Below, in pieces: positions 28,920-43,066 of a stretch of 64,000 nucleotides of DNA. A program made the translations under genes and the position numbers. Numbering within the stretch: the first letter of the stretch is position 1; each line of letters opens with the position of its first letter. The stretch lies in NCBI RefSeq assembly GCF_009914755.1, contig NC_060929.1; one strand, 5' to 3'. The notes below the pieces were generated by a model. That model saw only the letters and a list, made by a program, of their open reading frames with translations. It searched no databases and was not told where the DNA came from. The stretch comes from the human T2T-CHM13v2.0 reference genome, Homo sapiens.

Positions 28920-29080
28920 CTCATTCATTCCCTCATTCATTCATTCATTCATTCATTCACTTGTGTGATAAATATTTAGTGAGCACCTGCTGCATTCCAG
29001 GCATCTGGCAGGGCTTTGAGTGGCAAACAAACAAGACACGGTCCCTCTCCTATTAATGTGAACAGACAGGTGAGAAATAA
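28920..29080 (-). mobile_element. L2 3' end with (TTCA)n tail
   Basis: cattcattcattc...aaatatttagtgagcacctgctgcattccaggca. Confidence 0.75.
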
Positions 29081-29219
29081 CACAACATTGACACACGTGA
29101 GGGGTGGTTAAGACTTTCTACCTCAGTTCTCTGAACCTGGAAGTTCCTAGAAGGCAAGGGTGGGTGTGTGACAAGGCCCTATCTATACCTTAACCCAGGC
29201 CTGCCGCTTTTCCCAGCAC

Positions 29220-29375
29220 AGTGGTTCAGGTGTGGACTCTGGAGATAAAGGGCCTGGGTTCAAATCTTGGCCTAATCACTAGCAGGTGTGGTCGACCACT
29301 CTGCGGCCCTCTTCCTTCGCTTATAAAATGGGAATGATTTGGTATCAACCTCACGGAATTGTGGTGAGCACTAAA
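29220..29375 (+). mobile_element. MIR SINE
   Basis: ggactctggag...cctgggttcaaatcttggc...ataaaatggga. Confidence 0.7.
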
Positions 29376-29389
29376 GAGACGATGCCAGT

Positions 29390-29570
29390 CAAATGGTGGC
29401 TGTGGCTGGAGGGTGAGTATGAGGGCTTTTTCTGGAGTGCTGGCGGTATTCTTTTTGATCTGGGTGCTAATTTCACAGGCGTGCTTGGGGTGTGAACATT
29501 CATTGAGCTGCACAATTATGATATGCACACTTTTCTGAAAGTATGTTATACTTCAATGACAAGTTTTGAA
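29390..29570 (+). mobile_element. L1ME-like 3' end
   Basis: tttttgatctgggtg...ttcattgagctgcac...gtatgttatacttcaat. Confidence 0.65.
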
Positions 29571-30564
29571 AGCCTTAGTCCGATGCCTCTTGTTGAGCTC
29601 TGCTAACAACAATGAATGTTATTAATTGTCAGGGTCCTACGGCCATGCTCCCGAGAGATGCTGCACCAGAATCTTCCGAGTCCAGGAGCTTGCTGCTCTC
29701 TGGAGCCCTGGAAGGGCAGATTATATTGGGGAAACTGAGGCATTGAGACCCAGAGGCTCAAGGTCATGGGGCTCAGTAGGAGCCAAGTCACCCAGAGCCC
29801 AGCAGCACCCTCCCCTTTTACCTCCCTCCTGCCGGCAGCTAGCAGGGGTGTGGGGGCCCATTAAATCCTAGGCAAATGGGCTCTGGGCGCGTGCAGCCCT
29901 CAGGTCCCAGGACAGCTCAAACAGGACTGGACTGCCTGGTGCCCCATGGCAGCCGCCCCCTGGCCTCTAAATGATGGTGTGGAGCACTTGGCTGTTTGCA
30001 GGGTAAACAGGAGGGCTGGAGCAATGGGAGGCAGGTGTGCTCCACTGCCAAAGCAAAACAGAGCCAGTGCAGGGTTCCCGCACACCCTGGGGGGCCGCTG
30101 AGGGCCAGCGGTTGCTATCAGGGTGAACACCAGTTGTCAGTAGAAAAGGAGGCTTTGCTTCATCCACCTCCAGCAAGTTCTTGCACAGTTCATCCTGGCA
30201 GCCTCTGGCCTGAGTGAGATAGCAGGGTAAGGTTAACCCTCACCTCCCCAGCACAGAAAGGACTGCAGAAAGCCCCGAGAGCCTCAGGCTGCCTCCACCT
30301 CTGTCTCTGCAGTGCCTGGTACAGTTCTTGGCTTCCTGACCAGGAGGCAGCATGGGGAGATAAATACACACAAAGCCAGAATGCGTGGGTTCAAGTCCCG
30401 GCTCTCCTGTTCACATTTGTATGACCTGGGGCCAGCTATCTAAACTCATTCCTAATTGCAGCTGCTGTGAATATTGAACACCCAATAACTTAAATAGCTA
30501 AACAGCTCAAGTAGGTGAGTCTTGTCTTAGCCAGTTCCCAGTGAATGTCATAATGTGGGCCTAA

Positions 30565-30725
30565 CACTGCCAGATTTGTAGATTTCTCTGGAGACACACA
30601 AAACCTAGATTCCTATGTACAATCTCCTGATTTGTAAATGTTGGCAGCTAACCAGAAAACACCCCGTGGCCTATAAAAAACAAGTCTGGCAATTGGGTTT
30701 GACCAGTGGCCCTAGTTGTGGACCA
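30565..30725. mobile_element. MER103-like hAT relic
   Basis: aatctcctgatttgtaaatgttggcagctaa resembles the remembered MER103C core. Confidence 0.45.
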
Positions 30726-31312
30726 CAGATCTAATCACATCCTCAGCTCGTTAATGAGAAGACTGAGGACCAGGAAGGAAAAGTGATTTGCCCAACCTGG
30801 CACAGTACTGACTGCCAAGACACCAAAACACGCATTGTGGGTTAGGGCATCATGTATGTACACAGCAACTCCTCAAGGTAGGTTGTATAATCCCCACGAA
30901 AACTCAGAGGGGTCGAGCAATTTGCCAAAGGTCACCCATTGGCAAGTTCCCAGCCTGGATTCAAATTCCAGGATAAGTCACACTGTCTCCTTAGCACTGA
31001 AAAAACTGGAACCCACACCTGTTTCCTGCCCCGTGAGGATGGCACTGCTGTCATGAGACCCACTGTGCCACATCATGGAGAGCAGCCACTGCTCCTGCCT
31101 GCTCACCTGAACTGTCTCCCAAATGCCCAGAGAGGACACCTTAACCCTTGCAAGACAAGAAAGAGTGTCGGGCTGTCTTTCTTAGAAAAGTCTTTATTAT
31201 TAAGCAATATATAAATATTTTGTCATTATAAAAAAATCAAGTGACAGAAAAGATAAAGAGTTTGTCTCTAATTCCACTCCCTTCTTAGGTGCAATACTAT
31301 TATTAGTGGTAA

Positions 31313-31656
<344 letters not shown>

Positions 31657-32333
31657 CTTATGGACCCTTCCTTTGGAAAGCTCTCAAAGTTGCCCCAGGA
31701 GCTGGCTGAGGGCCTGGGCCGGTCTGAGACACAGGGCGGCTGAGCCGGCCATCACTGGGCAAGACAAGCCCTCTGGCCAAGAGCATTTCCCAAGAAGCCA
31801 ATGACCATAGAAGGCCTTCAAGAGGTTGCGAGAGCTGCGTAGATAACACCTGAGGATCAGGAAGTAAGAAGTCCCAAGGCGGTGCTTCCCATTGCGGCTA
31901 GGTCAGAACCACCAGCCCCAGGCAGAGGGAGGTGTCTCTAGTTCTTTCTCAGGCCTTCAGGTAGTATCAAGCTGAAAAGTCTTGAGAGCTGCTAGGATGT
32001 CTCAATGCCTCTGCAACTCTTGCTCTCTCATTTTAACAAGCAGAGGGCAGGCCTGCTAAGTCATAGCACTTCTGCAAGCCGCAATGCCTAGCTATAATTG
32101 AGTGGCTTTGTTCTGTTTTTATCATCTTCATTTTACAGTAGCCTTCTATTTATGGCCATGCTGGTTGTCCATTTATAACCAGTGATAGAGATTTCCTCTT
32201 AGAAATAAAGTTTGAGGGTTTTTTCGGTTTAAATTAAAATAGTAAATAAATAATGTTTCAGGTGATAGACAGAAATGACAACAATCATTCTGTTGGGAAG
32301 GAGATGGCTGGATTCTGGCACACGCTGTCTTAG

Positions 32334-32527
<194 letters not shown>

Positions 32528-33470
32528 TTGAGGATGGCCTTCTTAACAAAGCCCTGAAAGAGGTTGTCCAGCCACCCTGGAGGCACGCGGCGTCAGGCCT
32601 GAGCTGCACAGTGGCTGGATTTACGAGGAATGAGCAGCAGTAAGCCCAGGAGAATGTGAAACCAAAATGCCCTGTGATGACCCAGACAAGACCAGAGTCA
32701 CTCCTGGAATCTCCATAAAGTCGGTCAGGGCAAACTCGAGGACACAGAGTGAGTCTCTCAGCCTCCCTCTTCATGGATCTGTTGTTTCTCAGCAAGACCT
32801 GGGGACTGACATCAGTCTGGTGTAGTGCAAAGAGCCCTGGACCAGAGTTCCAAGGCCTCAGTTCCAGGGTCAGGGCTGTTGTAATGAACAGCTCTGTCCT
32901 CCTGGGGGTTGAAAGGGCAGGTGGTACAGTTAAGACTGTGTGCGTTCAAAATCCTTCTCTTCACTTTCTGAGTTTGTTTCTTTCCTCAAATTACTTACCT
33001 TCTTGTGCCTCAATTTCCTCATTTATAAAATGGGCATAATAATGGTTCCCATCCTTGGGTCCTTGTAAGGATTAATTAAAATAAATCATTTGAAGTACTC
33101 AGCAGAGGGTCAGCAAGGAACAAAGCTAAGACTCAATGGATATGAGCTGTCATCACTACGTTTATGATGATCATGAGTGTTTTACTAAACAGAAGTCTGC
33201 TCATATCAGGGGACTTTGAAACCTTTCTACTCTGTCTTGATGCTCCAAGATTCCTATATTCGCATCCAGCTCAGCTTTTGGCTATGGAACCTTAGGCAAG
33301 ATGTTCATAAACCCTTTAATCTCTAGTGCCCTTGTTCATAAAAAGAAGTGAATCGGATCCCTGCAGGACTGTTTTTGTATTCAGTGCACAGGTGTGTGTG
33401 AAGACACCCAGCATGTTGCCAGGCACACAGAGATGTCTACCTTGATACTTTTCTCTCCTCCTCCCCGCAA

Positions 33471-33472
<2 letters not shown>

Positions 33473-33518
<46 letters not shown>

Positions 33519-33519
33519 A
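33473..33519. repeat. (CA)n microsatellite (~20 units)
   Basis: Direct reading. Confidence 0.97.
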
Positions 33520-33796
33520 CTCTTATTTTGATCTCGGCCTGAGGCTGACAAGCCCCAGATTAGTGATCAGTGACAATTTCGGCTTTATCAGCTCCACTCA
33601 GGGGTATTTGCATATTGGTAGAGAATCTGGAACAGGAAAACACCTCCTGTCTCAAAAGAGTGAATTGCAAATGGTAGGATTATCAGATTTCATTCATTTA
33701 CTCATTTCATTCACTGAGGACTTGTTTGTGAAGTGGCCTTCTAACAACTTCATTTCATTACAAAAAAAAATGATGTATGTGTTTAGAAAAAAGTGA

Positions 33797-34126
<330 letters not shown>

Positions 34127-35310
34127 CTCAATAGACTCTTAAACCTCCTTTCTCCCATTCATCTCTTCCTTTTGTGCCCACTCAGAGATGCAAGGTTGAC
34201 ACTTGGTGTGAATCACTCCGTACTTCTCTTTAGGGTCATGGAAACATGTATGTCCACACATAGGAGAGAAGGGGACAAAAGGTGGTTTGCTTTTTCCAAA
34301 AAAATCACACTAAATATATATTTATTTGTATACTTTTTCACTGAATGCATCATGCCCATCTCTCCAGATCAATTTTAAAAACCTCATTATTTTTCATAAC
34401 TGCTTAGTCCAATACAGTAGAGTGCCATAGTGTATTCAGCTTATTCAGTCTCTCCCTTATTGAGGCATATTAGTCTTGGGGAGATTTTCCAGTTCCCTCT
34501 TGACAAATACAATCAATGCAGCAATTATCATCATCGATGTACATGCATTCTTACAAGCTTTCATTTTTTTCTGGTTAGAGTCCCAAAAGTGCCATTTCAA
34601 GTGAAAATGTCAGTACCATTTGTACCCTTATTTGAGGAGTCAGAGACTTGTTGCCTACAATGCAACAACATTCTAGGGAGCCTGGAGGTTTGTCAGGAGG
34701 GTGGAGGACCACACATCTACTGAGTGCCAAGCACCCTGCCTCTAAGGATTATCTCTTCAAATCCTCCATTAACCCTGAAATTTAGGGAACAGGGATGGGA
34801 AGTGCCCATTGTACAGATACAGTGGAAATATAGGCTCAGAGAGAGGAAAGCGCTTGCCCAAATTGGGGGATTCTGAGAGCTCAGCCTGACTCCATGGAAC
34901 TGAAAAGCCATCGCCATCTCACAGCTGCTGCTGTGGGTTGAGCCATATGCTGATGATATCTTGTGTGGGAAGACCAGAGCAGTTTTAAAAATGAGAGGTG
35001 TCTGGTGTCAGGGCAAGTAGATAGCACTGGAGGGCCACCCCTCCTCAGGAATGGTCAGTGTTATTAATGGTGCTGTCTTTTTTTCTCCCTGTTACTAATC
35101 CATCAACATTCTGGCTAAATGGCACCTTTAACCAAAAGAAACAATTTGCTTGTCTGCAACTCTGAGGGAAGCTCATAAGGCTTCTTTCCTTCTCTCCTCT
35201 CTCTGCAAGCTGGAGAGCACACTGATGCCTTGTAGACAAGCTGCATGAACCGGCTGAAATCTCAGGTGGTGAAAGCACTGGACAAAAGGCGGTGAGAACT
35301 TTGGCTTTTC

Positions 35311-35351
35311 TCAATCAATAGAGGCCCGAAGGAGGGGCCTCTATTGATTGA
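35311..35351. repeat. 17-bp perfect inverted repeat with 7-nt loop
   Basis: tcaatcaatagaggccc-gaaggag-gggcctctattgattga. Confidence 0.95.
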
Positions 35352-36034
35352 AAATTCAACAAGTTCTGGTCCACGGGGCCTGGGAAGAAACTGCTGGCTT
35401 CTAGTCATTCAAATCACTAATTTGAATAGTGAAGAAGTGAGACAGATTAGAGAGGTAATAGGATGGGGAGACACAATGGGGTGCGTGGGGGGGAGAGAGA
35501 GAGAGAGAGAGCGTGCACAGGGATCATTTAAATAGACTAATTGAGCCTAATTTGACTAGCAGGATCCAGAGACAGTGCAGAGAATTGCCCTGAACTGATC
35601 ACAATTTCTGAAAGCCAGACGCACTCAGCAGTTGTCCCAAGTAATTACTGATGTTCATACCGCACATTCGGGTTCCCGGAGCTCCTTTCTCCCACATGAT
35701 TTCACAGAGTCCTTGCAAATTGCAGCCAGAAGCAGGAGACCCATTTTACCAATAAGGAGACTACGGTTGAAAATCCAAGGGCAAAGGGAAGCAGAACTGG
35801 AAGGCCCAGCATCTGACAGGCTGAAGGAGTCTGAAACAGAATTACCAGGGATCCTCAAACCCAGCCCTTCTCCTCCCACTCTCAGCCCCTTTCCTGCCAA
35901 AATGTTCAAGGTACAAGAGCCATGTGGACTCTGGTCTGAACAGGGGGGCTGAGCCATCTCTGGAAGAGGCCAGGGTGGAGGGGAAAACAGAAGGCTTAGC
36001 TCTTCTGTCTAACCAGTTTTTTGTTGTTGTTGTT

Positions 36035-36069
<35 letters not shown>

Positions 36070-37399
36070 TTTTTTTTTTAAGTTTTACGGGTTTCAGTGT
36101 TCAACAAATGCCAGGATGCAAGGGGCAGGGTCTGTGACAGGCACCACTCTTGAAGGCCAGGGGTATCCGAGCTTCTTTCCTAGGCTGTGGGCCAGGTGCC
36201 AGCCTTGCTGCCCTCTCCAGCCCCATACCCAGTTACTTGGGAGTGAAAGCTCCCAAGCTTTAGAACCAGATGGCCCTGGGTTCTGATCTGCCTCAGGTCT
36301 GGCAGCTGTGTGCCCTTGTACATGTTACTTCACCTCTCTGAGCCAGTGCATTCCATCGTCATAAGGAGCAGGTGAAGGACTGTCAGGAAGGGGAAAATGC
36401 AGAGAGCAATATCTGTGGAGCACTTAGCCCAGGGCCTAGCAAGGATTGATCAATACATAGTCCCAATATTCCCTCCTGGCCCTTCTATCAGGTTTTTTTG
36501 TCATCAGCACAGTTATTAGATAGGAACCTGTACAGAAATCCTCTGGACTTCTGGTCAAAAAGACAGCAATTCTGACTCAGGGACTTGGGAAGGGCCTAGA
36601 AACAGGGCACTCAGTGGGCCCCAAGGTGAGCAGAGGCCAGAGGGGCCCAAGTGCAGGCCTAAGACCTGTCCTGGGCTCTGCGTGGCCCTTAGTGGCTTGG
36701 GAAATACTCTTTCAGCCAGATGCCATCTAGCATGACACCCCACCCTGCCACTTCCCAGGCTGCACCAGGCTCCCTCACTCCCTGAAGGTCTGGGAATGCG
36801 TCCCACTCAATCCCCCATGTTGCCTGGCCATGTTCAGCCTCTATTCGCCGAACAGAAATAGTGGGGAGAGAGGGTTGCAAGGCAGGGGACCAAGCATCCT
36901 AATTCAGTGCCCCTCTGGTTCCTTCTCTTTCAAAGCCCAGCCCTGGCCTCAGCTCCTAGCACAAGCAGCCTGGGACCCAGCCAGCCAGCCCCTACCCTGG
37001 CTCCCTGGATCACCTTTTGGATGCACCTGCTTTCCCGCCTGAAGCCGGCTCAGCCCAGTCCCTGCAGCCAGCCTGGAGTTTCCAGAGCTCATGCTGCCCC
37101 CTAGAGGTCAGCTCCTGCAGCTTTTCTTCTCAGTGTGGGACAGTCCCAGAGGGAAGGGGATCAAAAGGCTGGGAATGGCTCTGCTCCTGCACATGGCACC
37201 TCTGGCCAACAAGCACCCAGAGCCCAGCTAGAACCCACTTGGGTGGCAGCACGTGCAAGCGAAAGGATCTACCTATTCGAGTGGCTCTGCCCCTCCCCTT
37301 GGCCTCCCTATCTGTAAAATGGGAAGCATGATGATACCGCCCACACACAGCCTTTGAGAAAACTGACTGATCACTGGACTAGTAGGAGATAATCATCAT

Positions 37400-37650
37400 T
37401 GTGATGATCATGGCTGTCATACTGAGCACGTCCTATGAGCCAGGTACTGTGCTTTGCATACATTATCTCATTAAATCTTCCCGAAAAACAAACTTCTGAA
37501 GGAGGAACTATTAGTATCCTCATTTTACACATGAGAGCACTGAAACTCAGAGAGAGCTGGTGACTTGTCCAGAGAGACACATTAATGCAGAGGACAGCCA
37601 GACTTTCAACCCAGGTCTGTAGGACACCAGACCCCTGTCCCTCACTGACC
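37400..37650 (-). mobile_element. MIR SINE
   Basis: actgagcac...gccaggtactgtgct...cctcattttacacatgag...actgaaactcagagag. Confidence 0.8.
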
Positions 37651-40600
37651 ACAGCGTCCTGCCTCCCGGAGTTCAGATTACTCCCCACATCTCTCTCCCA
37701 TGCTTCTCTTCCATATTTTCTCTGTTCTCTGTTGCCTTCAGCTGATTTGCTTGTCAGCGTCTCCAGGTCACTGTCCAGCACCACTGTCCTGGACAGCAGA
37801 GCCCCAAGTCTTTGCATGAGGAGGCAAGCTACTACCCAGATTGTGAGGTGGGGAACAGTGATGCCCAGAGGGCTGCTCTGGCCCTGGATGCTGGTGCAAG
37901 AGATGTCTAAAGTCGCAGCTTAGTCTCAGTGCAGTACAGACTCTGGGTGAGGCAGACATAGAATATTTCAGGTGTGGAGTCAAGGGGGCTCTTGGAGCAC
38001 CACCTGGAAAGTAGCAAGGATGGCAGCTCTCAATTATTATGCACCTGCTGTCTTCCAAGCATCGGACAGTGTCGGCTGTCATTGAATCCTCTGAAGTAAC
38101 ACTGAGGTAGGTTGTACTGATCCCATTGGACAGGTGAGAAAGCCAAGGCTTGAAGGATGAAAACCCTTGCCCAAGATCACATAGCTCTTCAGTAAAAGAA
38201 TCTGGGGTTCAGACCAGATGGGTGTCTGCCTGGCATGCAAACCCATCTATCTTGCCTCATGTGTCGTGCAACCCACCCTTCCCACTTGTGGGATGCTTGG
38301 GTCCTGGTTTAGTGAGCAGTCACTGTGCACAATGTTATGGGGCCCAGTGGGCCCTGGCCAAGTGCTCCCAGAATGGCTGAGATCCACCTGAATCTTACCT
38401 TCATCCTCTACAGCAACTAAGCCCCCTCAGCTTCTCAGAGGAGGCCTACTCTTTCAGGATGCTCAGAGGCAGTCAAGGGCCCTAGGTTCCAAATGTGTCT
38501 GCAAGTGCTCTTTTGGCCTCAACAAGTTGCAGAGACTAAGAAAATTGTATAGTATAGCTCAGTGGCTCAGATGCCCCAGCCCTGCAACTTCCTATTGAGA
38601 TGGCCTTCTCTCAACATTGGTCCCTACATTTGTGGAATGAGGATAATGGTACTAACCTCCAAGGGTTGTTGGGAAGGTCAAATGAGCTAAGTGCAGTCAC
38701 GTGCTTTCTCAGCAGGACACCTGACAGGTGGTTGGGGCTCAGTCAAGGGCCGCTATCATTAGAACCATCAATTCCCTGACCATCTCACACTGATCCAAAG
38801 TTTCTATTTGTCTTTAAGATAAAATGGAGAAAAACAATTTGTGACTGATGAATAAAGACAACTTAATGATTACACTTTCAAAACAAAGGGTGTTTGGGGC
38901 AAAATAGTAAATGAAGTCCTTTGTGCCACTGGGAATAAAAATGGGAAAATTCCAAAATGGGAATTTCTGCTCAGAAGTACTTGGGTCTTAATGAGTGAGG
39001 ATCTCTTAGGGTCTTAATAAGTGAGGGTGTCCAAGGATCGGGAGTAAGGAACCAGAATCTCACTAAATGGCTGTTCTGAAATTTGTCCTTGAGTCTGCAG
39101 GAGGTCACAGGAAAAGAACATGGTATTTTGCTATTTTAAAAGTGTGGTTATGAAATGGTCTCCACCGACGGTTTCCTGGAACTCTGTTTTTCTTTACTCT
39201 GAACTCTGAATATGGAGGCAGATGACTTGGAATTAGCCTTGTTCCTACTTCTCCATTTCCTTGTTCTGGCAACAGTCCCCCAGTCTCTGTCCCTGGAGTT
39301 AGGCACTGCAGCAGTGAAAAGCTCTAACCTGGAAGTCAGGAGCCCTGGGTAACAGCTCTGGCTTTGTGGCCAGCCACCTGTCACCTGGGCAGGTCAGATC
39401 ACCTCTCTAGACCTCCATCTGCCCTTCAGTAAAATGAGGGAGTTAAATTAGATGGTTAAGTTATGGATGTCCTGACATTCTTGGATTTCTCTTTAGTAAA
39501 TATTAAACTATTGTCTTTTCTTCTTGGCCACAAAGAACTCAAGTGTCTCTGAATTATTTTTACAGCCTCTGTGTCCAGTCCAGGGCCTATTACAGTGGAA
39601 AGGACCTGGTATTCTGGCCCCTACTTGGCCATTTACTGACTGAGGGAATGTGCAAAGGCATGCCCCGCTGAGCCCATCTCTCCATCTTGAAATGTGGCCC
39701 AATGTCCTTATCATAGAGCTTTTGAGAATGACAATATATGGAAGGCATCTAACACACAGTAGGTACCCAGGGATCTTCTGTTGAATAGGCCCACATAGAG
39801 GTGGTTTTAACTTAACTACTGGCTTCCAAAATGAAATGCTGTTCCTGTTCCGCCAGTGACTTGGGACACATTTATCCCCCGTAACGCTCCAGTTCCCAGC
39901 AAAAGACATGCTTTGTCGCACCAGCCAGCACACCCGGAAATAAGGAGCTCTATTATTGTCCCTAATGGGCTTGGAAATAGCTACAGATTTAGGCCTATGG
40001 ATGCAAAACACTGGCTTGATCTGGAAACTAGGGGCTGACTTCCTTTACCCATGACGAGAATTTTCAAAGCAGTCAGTTGTTCTCGAAAAAATCACCCCAA
40101 TTTTTCCAATGCTGGAAAACTAGACAGGCCCCTTCTCTCTTGCTCCACAACTTAGAATCCAAGAGGGTCCAAGATGGAAGGCAGCTTAGAGAACTCTAGT
40201 TCAACCCCTCACCTGACAGGAACAGAAACTGAAGGTCCAGGAGAGAAAGGGTAACACAGGCAGTTAACTCAGGACGGGGTGAAATTAAGTGATCAAATTG
40301 ACCATCAATGTACCACATTGTATTTCCTACTCTGCACAGCACCTTCACACACATGGGCCCCCTTAATGATCCTGTGAGGTGGGTATTGGTGTCTCCACTT
40401 GACAAAGAAGGAAATCAAAGTTCACAGTGCTGGAGGGACTCCTCCATGATCACCTGGCCTTGCCCCCTCATCACCATGGCCGATCCAGAACTTCTCCCTG
40501 TGGCTGTTGGAAGCATCAGTATGACTCTGAAGGGAGGCAGATGTGCTTGGGCTTGCTGGGCCCAGAGGTTTAACTTGTGAGGTTTGGAGGGAAGGGGGAA

Positions 40601-40799
40601 GGGCTGCTGTGTGTGACTGTTGAGTGTGGGGACAGAGTCACTCCCACCCCCTGGGTCAGAGAAGATGGACTGTGCCACCCTCAAAGGTCGGTTATGTGTC
40701 AGACTCATAACAAGTGTCAGAGTATCAGCACATGTGGCCCCTGCCCCCAGGAAGCTGATGGCTTGCATGAAGAGACAGAGGTAACCCCCATGAGCCACT

Positions 40800-41190
40800 C
40801 AGAAAATAGTATCATTCAGCAATAAATAGGAGCAGACTACTAATACACACTGCACAGATGATGCACAAAACCCCATGTTGAGTGGTGGAAGCCAGGCACA
40901 AAAGAATGCCTGCCATATGATTCCATTCGTACAACGCTGCAGAAAAGACAAACCTAGTCTATAGGGACAGAAAGCAGATCTGTGGTTGTCTGAGGGTGGG
41001 GACAGACTGAGAAGAGGTACCGCGGAGCCTCTTCAGGTGATGGGAATGTTCAGTATATGATTGCCGTGCTGGTGGTTACACAAATATAGACATTTTTAAT
41101 AAATTTCTAAAAATTCATTGATGGGTACACCTAACATGGGTGTGTTTATTATACACAAATTAGACCACAATAAAGCAGATTTTGAGAAAA
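40800..41190 (+). mobile_element. L1ME-like 3' end
   Basis: atgattccattc, cagaaagcagatctgtggttgtctgagg, tgatgggaatgttc, caataaagc. Confidence 0.7.
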
Positions 41191-42536
41191 CACACATCCT
41201 GGCTCTCATGAAGCTCTCATTCTGGTGGAGAATACAGAAATTAATACAGCCATTGTGTAAATAAATGCAAACTAATTATAACTGGGATGAGAGCTATGAA
41301 GGACATCTCATGGAGTTTGAGAGTGTGTAATAAGGACTTGGTCAATTCAGATTGATCGGGAACACTCTCCGGAGGGGTAACTTTAATCCGAAGTAGGCAT
41401 GAACCAGGGAAGATGACTTGGGCCGTGAGAGCAGCATTTGCTAAGGGCCTGTGGCTGAAAGGGATCCTGTCAGGACCATTGAAAGGAGCAATGAGGATAG
41501 AGAAGAAGGAGGGGAGGGTGGTGGAAGGGGATGCCTCTCCGGAGGTGAGCAGGGGTAGTTCATATAGAGATTCTTAGGCCCAGATGAAAGTTTGCATTTT
41601 TCCTGAGAGCTGAAAGTACACTGAAGTGTTTGAAGGCGTGGTGGTAAGGGAAATGAGTAGCGACTGGGATAACACTGTGGAGTTAGTACTCACCTCTCCC
41701 TCATTCTGGCTATAAGGTTCCTGAGATGAAAACCAAGCCTTACTAACCTGTGTAGCCCCCAAAGAAACTTCAGCAGCACTGAATATAAAGTGATGCGCAA
41801 GAACTGTTCTGAATGAGCAAATGAATGGATGAATTATCTGAGGTTCCAAATATGTGCTTATCCAAAGTCATCTGGTAAATTATAAACTTAGACGAATTTA
41901 ATTCTTCTCTCCAAACTGAAGATGTGATAACATGTTGGGCAATATGGAGGTACAGGCCTGTTATCCTCTGTTATCCATGAGCTGCCGAGCACACAGGGGA
42001 CCCACTGCCAGGGAGCCATCTCTTCCCCTGGCCCCTACCCTTATAGCATGTCCCTCAGCTTGTCAGCCAAAACCCTCTGGGGGCCGTCCTACCTGCCTAG
42101 TGGCCTTATTGTGCAAAGTCTCCTCCACACGCACTTGGATCCAGACATTGCCACCCACCAAGCTCGCTGAAGGCACAGTGTACATTTTCATGCCTCACTG
42201 CGGGCTCTTCCCTCTCTCTAAACTCACCTTCCTTTCTCAGATCCACCGGGAAACCACTCACTATGGCCTTGAAGACCCAACTCAAGTACCTGCTTCTTTA
42301 GAAGCCTTTTCTGCCTACCTCACCCCATTAGCTACTACCTCATACCTGCCTCAGGTACTGTACTTGAAACCTGATCCATGTTCCTTCTTATTCAAACACA
42401 CAACCTTCTAGCATTCTTATCTGTACTGTTTTCTTCTCTGCACTCCTATTTCTTAGCTTGAGGCAAGATGAGGTGGATGGAATGGGTTATGGTTGAGTTT
42501 AGGTAGATCCCTTAAAAAAACAGATGACCAGAGGGA

Positions 42537-43066
42537 CAGGAAGAAACACTTTTACATTGCCGGTGGAAATGTAAACTAGTACCACCACTATGAAAAACAG
42601 TGTGGAGATTACTTAAGGAGCTAAAAGTAGAACTACCATTTGATCCAGCAATCCCACTACTGGGTATCCACTCAGAGGAAAACATATCATTATACCAAAA
42701 AGATACTTGCTCATGGATGTTTATAGCAGCACAATTCGCAATTGGAAAAGTATGGAACCAGCCTGCATACCCATCAATCAATGAGTGGATACAGACATTG
42801 TGGTATATATATATACACCATGGAATGCAACTCAGCCATAAAAAGGAATGAAATAATGTCCTTCGCAGCAACCTGGATGGAATTGGAGAACATTATTCTA
42901 AGTGGGAGGGGAGTGAAAGATAAAAGACTACACAATGGGTAGAATGTACACTGCTCAGGTGATGGGTGCACCAAAATCTCAGAAATCACCACTAAAGAAC
43001 TTACCCACGGAACCAAACACCACCTGTTCCCCAAAAACCTATTGAAATGTTTAAAAAAGAAAAAAA
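42537..43066 (+). mobile_element. L1PB-like 3' fragment with internal deletion
   Basis: ORF2 C-terminal remnant [22 protein letters not shown]; gatgggtgcaccaaaatctcagaaatcaccactaaagaactt. Confidence 0.9.

Noticed and set aside
29945-29966. CTCF-like gccgccccctggcc
   Set aside because: The core CCAGGGGGCG matches, but the usual leading CC positions do not; too weak without data.
39508-40011. Longest ORF in the track (167 aa)
   Set aside because: No recognisable domain, and the length is within chance expectation for 64 kb over six frames.
42512-43034. ORFs resembling the L1 ORF2 C-terminus
   Set aside because: Truncated, frameshifted, dead L1 fragment; cannot encode an active RT.
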